64,000 bases of DNA from assembly GCA_024275415.1 (NCBI GenBank), contig JAJRZD010000114.1, positions 724 through 64,723 of the forward strand, given 5' to 3'. A program made the position numbers and the translations under genes. The stretch comes from an archaeon. GTDB taxonomy: Archaea > Asgardarchaeota > Thorarchaeia > Thorarchaeales > Thorarchaeaceae. Of this stretch, positions 47,820 to 57,850 are shown piece after piece. The notes beneath the pieces are model-generated. The model was not told where the DNA came from and did no database searches. It saw nothing but the letters and a program-made list of their open reading frames with translations. How positions within the stretch are numbered: the stretch's first letter is position 1; each line of letters begins with the position of its first letter.

Positions 47820-49019
47820 ATGGATCATGATGCCGATGTGGTGATCGTTGGTGCGGGTCCGAGTGGACTGACTGCCGCTAGAATGCTGTCTGAAGCCGAT
47901 GTGGACTATCTCCTTATAGCAAAGGAGTTGACACCATGCGAGGACAAGCCATGCGGCGGATTTGTGCCAGCGAGAGCCTTGAAAGAGTTCGCAATCTTAT
48001 CGGTACATGAAGCATATCCGGTCAATGCCATCAGGATGAAGTTCCCCGGGGTGGACATGGTACGGGTGGATTTCGAGGAGCCAGTCGGAATCAATGCCAC
48101 CCGTAGAGACCTCGGTATCGCATTGCTCAGGAAAGTGATAGACCACAAAGATAGAATCCAGATGGGGATCAGAGTGGTTAATGTAGATGTAGGAAAGGAA
48201 AAGGTGACTATCAAGGTCACAAAGGAAAACGATGATTATCCCATCACGGCAAGGATGATGATTGACGCAAGCGGAACGAACTCGGTTTCATCACGGTGGG
48301 GCATCGTCCGTCCAAGGATTTCGAACGATAGGATGGGATATGGATTCCAATACCATCTAAGGAGTCCTGAAGGAAAAACCTTCGAAGGAGTCAATGATTT
48401 CTATTATGGCCGTGAACATTCACCCGGAGGATATGCATGGGTGTTCCCGCGAGAACGAGAGGTAGTCGTCGGGACAGGAGGAATTGTGTCCTCTGTTCGG
48501 AAAAGTACCAAGCGACTATCTGAATACCTTGACCACTTGATCACTGAGGTCGAACCGACTTGTTCTGAACTGGCAAATGCGACTTTGGTCAAACAGGATG
48601 CCGCAGTCATGCCTCTTGCGGGGATTGTTGTCCCATCCTATGCAGAACGGGTGCTTCTGGTTGGTGATGCGGCGGGTCATTGTTCACCGATATCAGGTCA
48701 GGGCATTTACTATGGCATGGTTGCAGGGGAGGTAGCAGCTGAGGTCGCAGCGGAAGCGGTTTCCAAATCTGATTTTTCGTCCAAGACTTTAGTGAGGTAC
48801 GAGTCGGAATGGAGGAAGAGAATCGGCTCAGACCTCAAATGGGGACTATGGCTTCAAAGACGGCTGACATCACATGGCTCCTCAAGCATGGGGTCGAGGT
48901 TCCTTGGGTCTGAAAGGTCACAACGCATTATCGCCGAGATGCTTCTAGGAATGCGGTCAGTGCGTGGTGCCATGATTGCGGCTGTACCAAGCTACTTGAG
49001 GTCAAAAATAGGTCTCTAA
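47820..49019 (+). CDS. geranylgeranyl reductase family protein (digeranylgeranylglycerophospholipid reductase-like)
   Basis: It has the FAD motif DVVIVGAGPSGLTAA and the GGR signature KPCGG. The product is 399 aa. Confidence 0.8.
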   Translation: MDHDADVVIVGAGPSGLTAARMLSEADVDYLLIAKELTPCEDKPCGGFVPARALKEFAILSVHEAYPVNAIRMKFPGVDMVRVDFEEPVGINATRRDLGIALLRKVIDHKDRIQMGIRVVNVDVGKEKVTIKVTKENDDYPITARMMIDASGTNSVSSRWGIVRPRISNDRMGYGFQYHLRSPEGKTFEGVNDFYYGREHSPGGYAWVFPREREVVVGTGGIVSSVRKSTKRLSEYLDHLITEVEPTCSELANATLVKQDAAVMPLAGIVVPSYAERVLLVGDAAGHCSPISGQGIYYGMVAGEVAAEVAAEAVSKSDFSSKTLVRYESEWRKRIGSDLKWGLWLQRRLTSHGSSSMGSRFLGSERSQRIIAEMLLGMRSVRGAMIAAVPSYLRSKIGL

Positions 49020-49168
49020 GATTCCATCTCTGATGAGCAACAACTTCTCGTTTGAGTGTTTGATCACGTCATCCTATTGCTAATTCAGACCACTTGTCCT
49101 GAATTCGCATCCATTCCTACCTGACTGAGCATCTGGGCAGGATACCAAGTGCGTTATCCAATTGGTTG

Positions 49169-49645
49169 CTACCGCCTAGAATATGCATAGCGCAAAAAGA
49201 CTTGGAAATCCAAATACATCCGAATTGTCAGATTTTGTATGCTGGCATAGAGGTAGTGATCCCTACAGAAGACCAAGTCACCATCTGTGAGTACCTTGTA
49301 TCTAAACGGGAGAGATGCTTCATTTAGAACCTGTACATCGATAGGCAATCCCAGTTCTGCTTCCAGACTAGCAGCGAAGTCAATGGTAAAGGCATAGGTG
49401 GAGTCCTTGTCAGGTTCACGGATATAGACTGCTATGTCAATATCACGGAAGGATGAATCTGTATTGAAACTGCCATGGATGACACCGAAGATGATTTCCT
49501 CTTCTATCGCAAGAAGATCACTTATTTGCTTTCGGAGGTTCTTTCTTTCCTCAGGAGATGCATCATAATACCTGAATTCTATAGATGGAGGATACCTATC
49601 GTCATTTGAACGCTTATCACTCATCGCGCTTCGCCTCCTTGTCAA
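49169..49645 (-). CDS. MntA-like minimal nucleotidyltransferase (antitoxin)
   Basis: It has GVIHGSFNTDSSFRDIDIAVY (the GSx9DxD motif). The gene lies downstream of HepT with a 29-nt overlap. Confidence 0.65.
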   Translation of the reverse strand: MTRRRSAMSDKRSNDDRYPPSIEFRYYDASPEERKNLRKQISDLLAIEEEIIFGVIHGSFNTDSSFRDIDIAVYIREPDKDSTYAFTIDFAASLEAELGLPIDVQVLNEASLPFRYKVLTDGDLVFCRDHYLYASIQNLTIRMYLDFQVFLRYAYSRR

Positions 49646-50141
49646 GTATCTTCCTTATTTCCTTGATGAAGTCCAAGAAATCCTGTCTTCCAGACTTCAG
49701 TAACTCGTAGATTTTCTCGTCATCAATCACCCAGTATCTATGGACAAGTATGTTACGTAATCTGCTTGCGGATGCGAACTTGTTCCCTAAGGATGTAGAA
49801 AGCATTCCCTTTTGGGCCAGTCTACTAAAGCAGCTCGGAAATCCCGCGGGTTTCTCATTGAAGAATACTATCATCATGTTGGTACAGATTGTAGCTGCGG
49901 CTTCCACAAGTTGGATTATCAGATATCGTAATGCCATATGTTCGGTGGTTCCCAGATCATGAAAGTCACTTTCAATGATTGGACTCAATGCGAATAATGA
50001 GTCGTTAATATCGCGAATTCGATCTTCAATCAGATCAACGTTAAGATATCTTGACATACTATCAGGATAACTTTGTCGGGAGAGTCCAATAAACATAGTG
50101 ATTGCTATGAGGACTAAATCGGGGTTTGCGATCTTGACCAA
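49617..50141 (-). CDS. HepT (DUF86) toxin
   Basis: It has the canonical Rx4HxY motif (RNILVHRYWVID). The product is 174 aa. Confidence 0.65.
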   Translation of the reverse strand: MVKIANPDLVLIAITMFIGLSRQSYPDSMSRYLNVDLIEDRIRDINDSLFALSPIIESDFHDLGTTEHMALRYLIIQLVEAAATICTNMMIVFFNEKPAGFPSCFSRLAQKGMLSTSLGNKFASASRLRNILVHRYWVIDDEKIYELLKSGRQDFLDFIKEIRKILDKEAKRDE

Positions 50142-50291
50142 TCAGACCGAAAAACGACAGAGAGTCGCTATCGGACTGGCCATGTTCAAAACGTGCTATT
50201 CGATCCCATAAAACGTGACTGCATGTGAACAATTATACAGGTTCCCGATTCAGCTTCCTTGCAATAGCAGAGCTTTGGAATAGGTTATACC

Positions 50292-52094
50292 ATGAGGACA
50301 ATACGGCTCCCTGCCACATACATCGATGGGTCTGCAGGACAAATCAAGACTGACATCAAGGACAGTTGCATTGTTATTAGTAAGAACAAACGGATAAGGA
50401 CACTGGACTTGTCGCCCCTTGGCGAGTTGAAAGGACTCGAACAATTATATATCAACAGGAATAGCGACTTGGAAACCTTAGACCTTTCACCGCTGCGCGA
50501 ACTGACGAGCCTCCAGTATCTTGAGGTCAGCGAGAACAGGAGTCTGAAACACTTGGACATAGATGGGCTCTCGGGACTGTTGCAGCTTGTCATCAGCAGG
50601 AATAGTATCTTGGAAACCTTAGGACTGCATCGATTGCCAGGCCTTCTTCATCTTGAGGTCAGCGGGAACAACGCACTAAATGCCTTAGACTTGTCCTTGT
50701 CTAGCGAACTGGTGAGCTTGGTGCAGTTAGACATCTGGGCAAATAACGCATTGGTGTCCCTCCACTTAAGTGACTTGACAAGCCTATTGCACCTCTACAT
50801 TTGGGGGAATGAACGGCTGGCAGACCTGGATATCTACGGGCTGACAAGCTTGCAACACCTGACTATCAGCGAGAATGATGCGTTAACAAGTCTTGATCTG
50901 TCATCATGGAGAGGATTGGCAGCCCTATACCAGGTAGAGATCGGGTGTAACGAAGGGCTGAATGTCATGGATCTGAGCGGACTGACAGGGCTACGACAAC
51001 TGGAAATCAGAGGGCATGAGAAATTGGCAAGCATTGACCTGAGCACGCTCGCTGGACTACAGGATCTAGTCATCAGTTGGAACGAGGGTTTGAGAGCCCT
51101 CGACTTGAGTGCTCTTACAGAGCTGCGGAGGCTGGAGGTCAATGGATGTTATGATGTGAAGGTCATCAGTCTAGATGGGCTGTCGCACATGCAGAATCTG
51201 GGATTCAGGTGGAACACGTTCTTGGAGGAACTGGATCTATCGCCTCTGAGTGACTGTTCTGACCTGCAACACCTAGTGATCATCTGGAATCAGGCCCTCA
51301 AGAGTATCGACCTGACTCCTTTAGCTATCTTGGCAAATCTACAACAGGTGGAGATACATGAGAACTGGAGTCTGCAGGTTGAATGTTTTCTTTCTCAGAA
51401 CACCATGCAGGCAATTGCACCTTTTGACTTGGATTCAATGTACCTCACATTTGCATTCACTCCATTCAGGTCTCTTGGGTTGATAGCCAAATTATTGCCT
51501 CTCGTAGAGTCCTATGAGGAAACATGGAAGATGCATCATCTTGTCCAGAAGACCTTAGAACTGCTTGACCTCGGGTGGCTCGGGATGCTCGATATGGATG
51601 TCGAGAACTTTGCGCAGATCATTCTGCAGTGGGAACGACCTGATTTTAGAGATATGGCAAGAGAACGATTCATCACCCACTGGGTGGCGCAAGTCGAGGA
51701 TGGTGGTACTACCATCGGGACACTCTTGGAAGAGGTACTGAATGTCACGGGACTTGCAGGTATGACCGACAGAGTGTTTGCCCTGCGTGACGCCGAAATT
51801 CGACAGTTGGTATTGTACAGGGTTGATGATGAGGTCGACCTCCGTCCACTGTGGCTTACGGCATATGGCTTTGACATCCTCAGACGTTTCAGGAGTGGCA
51901 TTTCATCCTCAGAAACCGAGTTCCGACGGATTGCAACGGTCTTGAATGAACTCGGATACAGGTTGGATGTGAAAGATGGGAACGATGATAAATCGAGATT
52001 CGCGGAGAATATCAGCGAGACCCTGACTGAGTATATTCTCCGACTCGCGGAGGATCGTCGCTCAGCACATGTGAGAGGCACGATAGCAGAATAA
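50292..52094 (+). CDS. leucine-rich repeat (LRR) protein with a C-terminal non-repeat domain
   Basis: About 13 consecutive ~25-residue repeats fit LxxLDLSxLxxLxxLxxLxxxxNxx (aa ~45-370). A helical C-terminal domain of about 220 aa follows. Confidence 0.7.
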   Translation: MRTIRLPATYIDGSAGQIKTDIKDSCIVISKNKRIRTLDLSPLGELKGLEQLYINRNSDLETLDLSPLRELTSLQYLEVSENRSLKHLDIDGLSGLLQLVISRNSILETLGLHRLPGLLHLEVSGNNALNALDLSLSSELVSLVQLDIWANNALVSLHLSDLTSLLHLYIWGNERLADLDIYGLTSLQHLTISENDALTSLDLSSWRGLAALYQVEIGCNEGLNVMDLSGLTGLRQLEIRGHEKLASIDLSTLAGLQDLVISWNEGLRALDLSALTELRRLEVNGCYDVKVISLDGLSHMQNLGFRWNTFLEELDLSPLSDCSDLQHLVIIWNQALKSIDLTPLAILANLQQVEIHENWSLQVECFLSQNTMQAIAPFDLDSMYLTFAFTPFRSLGLIAKLLPLVESYEETWKMHHLVQKTLELLDLGWLGMLDMDVENFAQIILQWERPDFRDMARERFITHWVAQVEDGGTTIGTLLEEVLNVTGLAGMTDRVFALRDAEIRQLVLYRVDDEVDLRPLWLTAYGFDILRRFRSGISSSETEFRRIATVLNELGYRLDVKDGNDDKSRFAENISETLTEYILRLAEDRRSAHVRGTIAE

Positions 52095-52530
52095 AAACTG
52101 CATGAAAGAAGGTCTGATCCTCGCTCGATGTCTGGAACTGTGATTCATTTTGCAGCGATTGATATATCGAAGGATTTATATTGTGAGAACCACAATAATA
52201 TTTCAGGGTGCTGTGAGAATCGCAACATTGGTGCGAGGATTCATAGAAATCCGCAAGTTGTGAAGAAGCGAGGAACAAAGACCTCCACGAACAACGAACT
52301 CCACATTGACATTGGGATCGACAGCAACATCTTCAATGCGAAAATAGGAACTCCTTCTTCACGACCACCACTGAGAACCATGATAGCATAAAATCCAAGC
52401 CACCTCGAATCCAAGCAACCGTGGATCATGTGGGCGAGTCTGTAACAACAGCAGTCGGGGACCTCTGCTGTTTTGACTGGAAACGCAGATTCGCCCCCTC
52501 CTCTCTTTCTTCTTGGATCTTGCCATTTGC

Positions 52531-53856
52531 TCACGCTTCGTCGGGCAATGCATTATGGGCAATCTGCTTTGCCATTTCTTGGATGATAAGGTCGGGGTCT
52601 CGAAGTGCATAACCAAGGAGCACCATAGCATTCTCACGCCTCATCGAGTACAGTATGTTGAGCAGTTCCTTTTTCTGGCTGTGATTCAATATTAAATACA
52701 AGCGCGTGAGCATATCAGACTCGATAATGGTATTGCCTGTAAGAATTGCCTTTGCAGCATCTAGGTTGAATGCCTTATTAGCAGTCCCGGACAGTCCGCG
52801 GATGAGGTCTTCTACGCCCCTGTCACGCTCCTTAGATGGGATGTCATGTGTCCGCTGAAACCTGATTGATCCTCGCGATGTAATCAGTGATATGGCACGC
52901 GCTGCTTTGATTCTCAAGTTCTGCTCAGTAGACTCGAGGAATGGAGTAAGGTATGCATCGAATCTCGCGTCTCCTTTCTCACCGAGAATTTCAAGAACAC
53001 TTGATTGGACTACAGGGCGTTTCAGGCTTAGCAAAGACGCAATCCTGGAAAGATATGCTATTGTGTCGAGAGTCTGATATCTACGCAACGACTCCAGTTG
53101 AACGCGTTCATCAGGCGAATGGAGGTCATAGAGTATCGCCTGGAGGTTCTGTAGTCCGATCATCTCAGCTGAGAACTGTATCCTCCGCCTTTGTGTCCTT
53201 GGAATCAAACCTCTCCATTGTTCTTCATCCACCTTTACGAGGATATCGTCCTCATCAACGCCAAGATCAGCCAATGCATCAGCAATCCTAATCCAAGCAG
53301 AAATGCCAACGACATCCGACTGGTTTCGTATTCCCAGTGTAGCAAGCAATTTCCAGCCATAGGAGGTATCGTATAGAGGACGGATATAGTATTTCTTAGA
53401 ACCCAAGGAGCTTACAGTGACGGATGGAACACGCACTTCTCCAAACTCTTGCACACGACGCGTTAACAGGTCATGAATGAATACAGAATAGGGGCCCTCC
53501 GCAAGCTCTTCGATCTCAAGTAGATGTGTCATAAGACACGGATCCCGATCCCGTAGCAGATTCATACAGAAACTCACAACCTTGCCCACAGCCTCATCCT
53601 GATTACGGGCATGTGCAATGAGTTCCAGTATCTCAAACGCGGACAGCCTGAGTGCTGCATAAATCGGAAATCCATGAACGAAGTAGAATATATGGTCGCG
53701 AACTGGAAGGGACAGCTCCGGGTTCTTTTCCACTTCATCTTTCAGCATTGATGAAATGTCAGAGAGAGTCCCGTTTCGCAAGCTGTTTTGCAAGAAGAAA
53801 CCACTGCTAGAAAAATCGTGCTTTCGAACTGATTCTATAAAATCTGTGGGAGTCAA
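52531..53856 (-). CDS. HEAT/PBS-lyase-like repeat protein
   Basis: The 441 aa product has an all-helical repeat pattern (LRIKAARAISLI, ALRDPDLIIQEMAKQIA). Confidence 0.45.
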   Translation of the reverse strand: MTPTDFIESVRKHDFSSSGFFLQNSLRNGTLSDISSMLKDEVEKNPELSLPVRDHIFYFVHGFPIYAALRLSAFEILELIAHARNQDEAVGKVVSFCMNLLRDRDPCLMTHLLEIEELAEGPYSVFIHDLLTRRVQEFGEVRVPSVTVSSLGSKKYYIRPLYDTSYGWKLLATLGIRNQSDVVGISAWIRIADALADLGVDEDDILVKVDEEQWRGLIPRTQRRRIQFSAEMIGLQNLQAILYDLHSPDERVQLESLRRYQTLDTIAYLSRIASLLSLKRPVVQSSVLEILGEKGDARFDAYLTPFLESTEQNLRIKAARAISLITSRGSIRFQRTHDIPSKERDRGVEDLIRGLSGTANKAFNLDAAKAILTGNTIIESDMLTRLYLILNHSQKKELLNILYSMRRENAMVLLGYALRDPDLIIQEMAKQIAHNALPDEA

Positions 53857-53942
53857 AGGTGCCTCACATGCCTCGGCAAATAGAAGCGATATCCGCTGTG
53901 GGCAAGTGAAGCACCTGTGTTATATCCATACCGAACGAGCAG

Positions 53943-54218
53943 TCACGACCCTACAGAGCCGTCGCGCATCTTATGGACAATGAAGCATTTCTGTCGGTAT
54001 GCCTGCTCCTCGAGCTCATTGATGAAATTCTCGAGTTGTTTCACCCGAGTGAACTCTTCTTCGAGCCCGAGGTCGCGAACGGTCAGATACGCCTTTTTTT
54101 GATCAATGCGGACATAGAGGCCTCCTAGGCCCACATTGTGTTTCATATACACGGGGTCCTCCTGGTTTTTGACCCTGTAAAATCCTTGTCTCCTAAGCAT
54201 TCTTGTGAACATCATCAT
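53943..54218 (-). CDS. small hypothetical protein
   Basis: This is a 91 aa ORF. Confidence 0.25.
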   Translation of the reverse strand: MMMFTRMLRRQGFYRVKNQEDPVYMKHNVGLGGLYVRIDQKKAYLTVRDLGLEEEFTRVKQLENFINELEEQAYRQKCFIVHKMRDGSVGS

Positions 54219-54256
54219 TTTTTGTCAAGCCCTCCCGGCGGTCAAGACATGATGGT

Positions 54257-54521
54257 ACACGTTTACTTCTATATAAAATATCCCCTAGAGTTGTGTAAAC
54301 GTTTGATTAAAATCGAGGGCATTGTATTGAGATAATAGTAATATTATTGATAAAAAAGGTGATTTTGTGCAGTCATTATATAAGTACTATTACACATCAC
54401 AGCCATATCGTCTTTTGTAATTCCACATGATATGACGAGGCGCCAAATACGTTTACTCGTTTTCGGTGAATAGTACCCATTGTTTATCCACGCGTTTACT
54501 AAATGGAAGTGCCAACGTGTA
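54257..54521. repeat. cluster of ACGT(T/G)TAC motif copies in the intergenic region
   Basis: ACGTTTAC occurs at 54259-54266 and 54449-54456. A palindromic GTAAACGTTTG lies at 54295-54305. GCGTTTAC lies at 54492-54499. AACGTGTAC lies at 54514-54522. A GTTAT x3 tandem lies at 54553-54567. Confidence 0.45.
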
Positions 54522-54667
54522 CAGACAAGAATATTCAGATCCCTAATCCCGGGTTATGTTATGTTATGTAATGGGATTCCAAGGTGAGTAGGAGTAGACG
54601 ACCAAGAAGGTGCAGTGGCAAGCCTTAAAATCCCTATAACATCCTCCAGAGAACAGGGAAAAAACAA

Positions 54668-55216
54668 ATGCAAGACATCTTCGCCGATATCATCAATTCC
54701 ATAGCCACTTTGTTGGATCCAGTGGCATCAATGCCGAATTCAGCGTGGTTCATTGTTCTCGTCAGTGTTTCGCTCGCACTGGTTTCAATCATAGCAACAA
54801 AGCTGCTCACTGATGTCGAAGAGATGAAAGAAAACATGGAACGGATAAAGGAATGGCAGGCGAAAGCGAATGAGGCTAGGAAGTCCCAAGATCCGAGGCT
54901 CCTTCAGGAAGTCATGGACAGTCAGTCGCAAATCATGTCACTTCAAGGAAAGATGATGAGCGCACGATGCAAGCCAATGCTCATTTACTACATCCCCTTC
55001 CTGCTCATCTTCGCTGTTCTGGCAGCAGTCTACGGTAACACTGCTGTGGCAATCCTTCCGTTCAATGCACAAGATGCTCTCCCGTTCCTTGATGGTTGGA
55101 TGGGATATAATGTGCCCGGAGCAGGATTTGGCATGACCTACTTCTGGTGGTATTTGCTCTCAAGCCTAGGACTCGGAAATCTGATCAGGAAAGCCGCGGG
55201 CCTCCAGATTATGTAA
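54668..55216 (+). CDS. DUF106 family membrane protein (archaeal YidC/Oxa1/EMC3-like)
   Basis: It has the three-TM architecture with a charged coiled-coil between TM1 and TM2. The product is 182 aa. Confidence 0.5.
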   Translation: MQDIFADIINSIATLLDPVASMPNSAWFIVLVSVSLALVSIIATKLLTDVEEMKENMERIKEWQAKANEARKSQDPRLLQEVMDSQSQIMSLQGKMMSARCKPMLIYYIPFLLIFAVLAAVYGNTAVAILPFNAQDALPFLDGWMGYNVPGAGFGMTYFWWYLLSSLGLGNLIRKAAGLQIM

Positions 55217-55555
55217 ATTACTACAAACTGTGAATACAGACCTATCTGAACCTGTACGAATAGAGTATGTCATCACATTGTTTGTGAAAAGACGACACAA
55301 CAGGTTCGGCCCCCGTGAGGTGGACGGAGTTTCATACCGCCTGTGACACCCAGTATCCTCCTAGTAGACACATAGAGTTCCGAGTTACCATCCTCTCAAG
55401 GTCAAGAATGACACACACCAAAAGGTTTCTCCATCGTCACGATTCTGATTAACATACCGTATCAGGTTTACAGAATCTTTAGTTTCTGCAAGCAACGGTG
55501 TGGAATATCACGTTCACTCTTCATTTGAAAGATTGCAATATGAATTGAGAACAGG

Positions 55556-57850
55556 ATGTTGGTAAGCTTTATAACCTTAACAAATACTATCGGGGTTATG
55601 GATGTCGTAGAGGAGCATTGGTTAACTATCCGTGAAGCAGCAATTATGCTTAATGTATCTGAGAATACCTTAAGGAATTGGGATGCAAGTGGAAAATTCA
55701 AAGCGGAACGACATCCATTGAACAACTACAGATTATATCGGGAATCTGATGTTCGAAAACTTGGGAGAATATTAACAGGTGGGAACGACGAGTATTATGA
55801 GGAAAACAAGATGGAAACGGTCTTGCGCAAGCTCTCGTTCTCTCAAACAGTGAAGCAACTGAATCGTCTTTATCGTGATCATGACATGGATTTGATGACA
55901 CGCTTTGAAGAGATTTCGAAAATACTATTTTGCAAATTCCTCGATGATCAGAAAGTGAAAAACAACAGTCGAAGCCAATTTGCTATCAGAAATGGTGAGT
56001 CTGCACAAGATGTTTACAACAAAATTAGCAGATTCTATCTCGAGTCCCTACCTGATGGAGTAGATAGCAGAGGTGGAATTGCCACAAATCACACTGCGAT
56101 CCTTAATGCTGTAAGACTTCTGAAAACAATAGATCTCTCCGAATATGATGAGGACATCAAGGGTACAACGTACGAAGAGATGATAAAAAATACATTTGAA
56201 GCTAATGAAAATCAGCAGTACTTCACGCCTCGTCGGCTCGTGGATTTTATGGTCGAGTTGGCAAATCCACAACCTACTGAAAATCTCTGTGATCCCGCAT
56301 GTGGTACAGGAGGGTTTTTGATTGCGACTCTTAAGAAAATTCGACGTGAGATGCGGTTCGAGGAAAAGTCAAACATAGATTCTGAATTATATAATTATTC
56401 ACAAGAAAAAATGCTAGGCATTGAAGTTGACTCACGTATTGCGTGGATTGCACAATTGAATTGCTACTTGCACGGTGGATCCGCCACTTCTATCCATCAT
56501 CTATCGGATGGAGGCTCCCTCTCGCTTGATAATGGTTCTCTTGAAATACTACCCGACAGTTCACAGGACATAATTATAACTAACCCTCCATTTGGTTCCG
56601 ATTTTACTGATGTGAAAAATCTTGAGAGATACCGATGTGGGCAAGAAAAGAAATCTGTACGAAGAGGGGTTTTGTTCGTAGAAAGATGTCTTCGTGCACT
56701 GAAAGCCGGAGGCCGATTAGTCATAATAGTAGATGATAGTATACTTAATTCACAGAACAATGAAATGATTAGACGAGTGATCACAAAAGAATCAAATGTT
56801 TTGGCAGTGATTAGCCTCCCAGATGAAATGTTTATGCCTTACGCAACGGTGAAATCTTCTGTGTTGTTGTTGAGGAAAAAACATCCTAATGATACTAATC
56901 AAGTTCAAACTTTTATGGCCGAGCTGAAGGATATCGGAAAACGGAACATGAGAAGTACTACTTATCTCTCATCTATGATGGACGAAGGGCCGAGTGATTT
57001 TGCACATGTACTAGATATGTGGCAGAAACATCAACTTGGTAAGAGAATAGAATCGCATGATGAATCTATATGCTTTGTATCAAGACTGGATCTAGGTAAA
57101 TCAAATCCTACATGCCGTTTAGATACAACATTTCACCATCCTGCAAAAATGGCTGCCCTCGGGACACTATCATCCGCAAAGTACTCAATCCGGGCTTTGT
57201 CGGAGCTATTCACACTCAGAAATGAAACGGTTATTCCCGCAGTGTCGTACCCTGACGAAGAGATTCCATATTTGGGTCTAGCTGACATCGAGAAGGAAAC
57301 AGGATGCTACCAAATCCGATTCCTAAGAGGGTCACAAATAAAAAGTGCTGTCAAAAAGTTTTACCCAGGAGATATCCTATTTGCCAAATTGCGTCCCCAA
57401 TTAAGAAAAGTGGTTTTTGTTCGGGAGGAGGGTTATTGTTCATCAGAATGCTTGGTTCTTTGCCTCAAAGGAAGAAACAATAGACCAATACAACAGACTC
57501 TTATCGAACTGCCAAATGGAACGAGTCCAGATCAACCAGGAATTGACGTTTGTCCCGAATTCATTAGTATTGTCCTCCGGAGTAATCTTGTTCAAGGTCA
57601 GATTAGACATCAGGTGACCGGCATAGGAAGACCTCGAATATCCACTAAGGTCGTTATGAGAATAAAAATACCAATACCGCCCTTGAAAGAACAAGAAAAA
57701 CTTGTAAAACAATTCCAAACCGAAGCAGAAACTGCATATGCCTTACATAAGCAGGGTGAACTGATGCTGGTCCAATCCAAACGAACACTAAAACTCGCTC
57801 ACGAGAACATAATAGAATCGCTTCACAAACGCAAACCAAATAGTCTATAG
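55556..57850 (+). CDS. restriction-modification N6-adenine DNA methyltransferase with an N-terminal MerR-like HTH and a C-terminal HsdS-like target-recognition domain (fused M-S)
   Basis: The HTH is LTIREAAIMLNVSENTLRNWDASGKF. It has motif I CDPACGTGGFL and motif IV NPPFGSDF. It has the HsdS-type conserved segment PIPPLKEQEKLVKQF. The region is low-GC. Confidence 0.8.
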   Translation: MLVSFITLTNTIGVMDVVEEHWLTIREAAIMLNVSENTLRNWDASGKFKAERHPLNNYRLYRESDVRKLGRILTGGNDEYYEENKMETVLRKLSFSQTVKQLNRLYRDHDMDLMTRFEEISKILFCKFLDDQKVKNNSRSQFAIRNGESAQDVYNKISRFYLESLPDGVDSRGGIATNHTAILNAVRLLKTIDLSEYDEDIKGTTYEEMIKNTFEANENQQYFTPRRLVDFMVELANPQPTENLCDPACGTGGFLIATLKKIRREMRFEEKSNIDSELYNYSQEKMLGIEVDSRIAWIAQLNCYLHGGSATSIHHLSDGGSLSLDNGSLEILPDSSQDIIITNPPFGSDFTDVKNLERYRCGQEKKSVRRGVLFVERCLRALKAGGRLVIIVDDSILNSQNNEMIRRVITKESNVLAVISLPDEMFMPYATVKSSVLLLRKKHPNDTNQVQTFMAELKDIGKRNMRSTTYLSSMMDEGPSDFAHVLDMWQKHQLGKRIESHDESICFVSRLDLGKSNPTCRLDTTFHHPAKMAALGTLSSAKYSIRALSELFTLRNETVIPAVSYPDEEIPYLGLADIEKETGCYQIRFLRGSQIKSAVKKFYPGDILFAKLRPQLRKVVFVREEGYCSSECLVLCLKGRNNRPIQQTLIELPNGTSPDQPGIDVCPEFISIVLRSNLVQGQIRHQVTGIGRPRISTKVVMRIKIPIPPLKEQEKLVKQFQTEAETAYALHKQGELMLVQSKRTLKLAHENIIESLHKRKPNSL

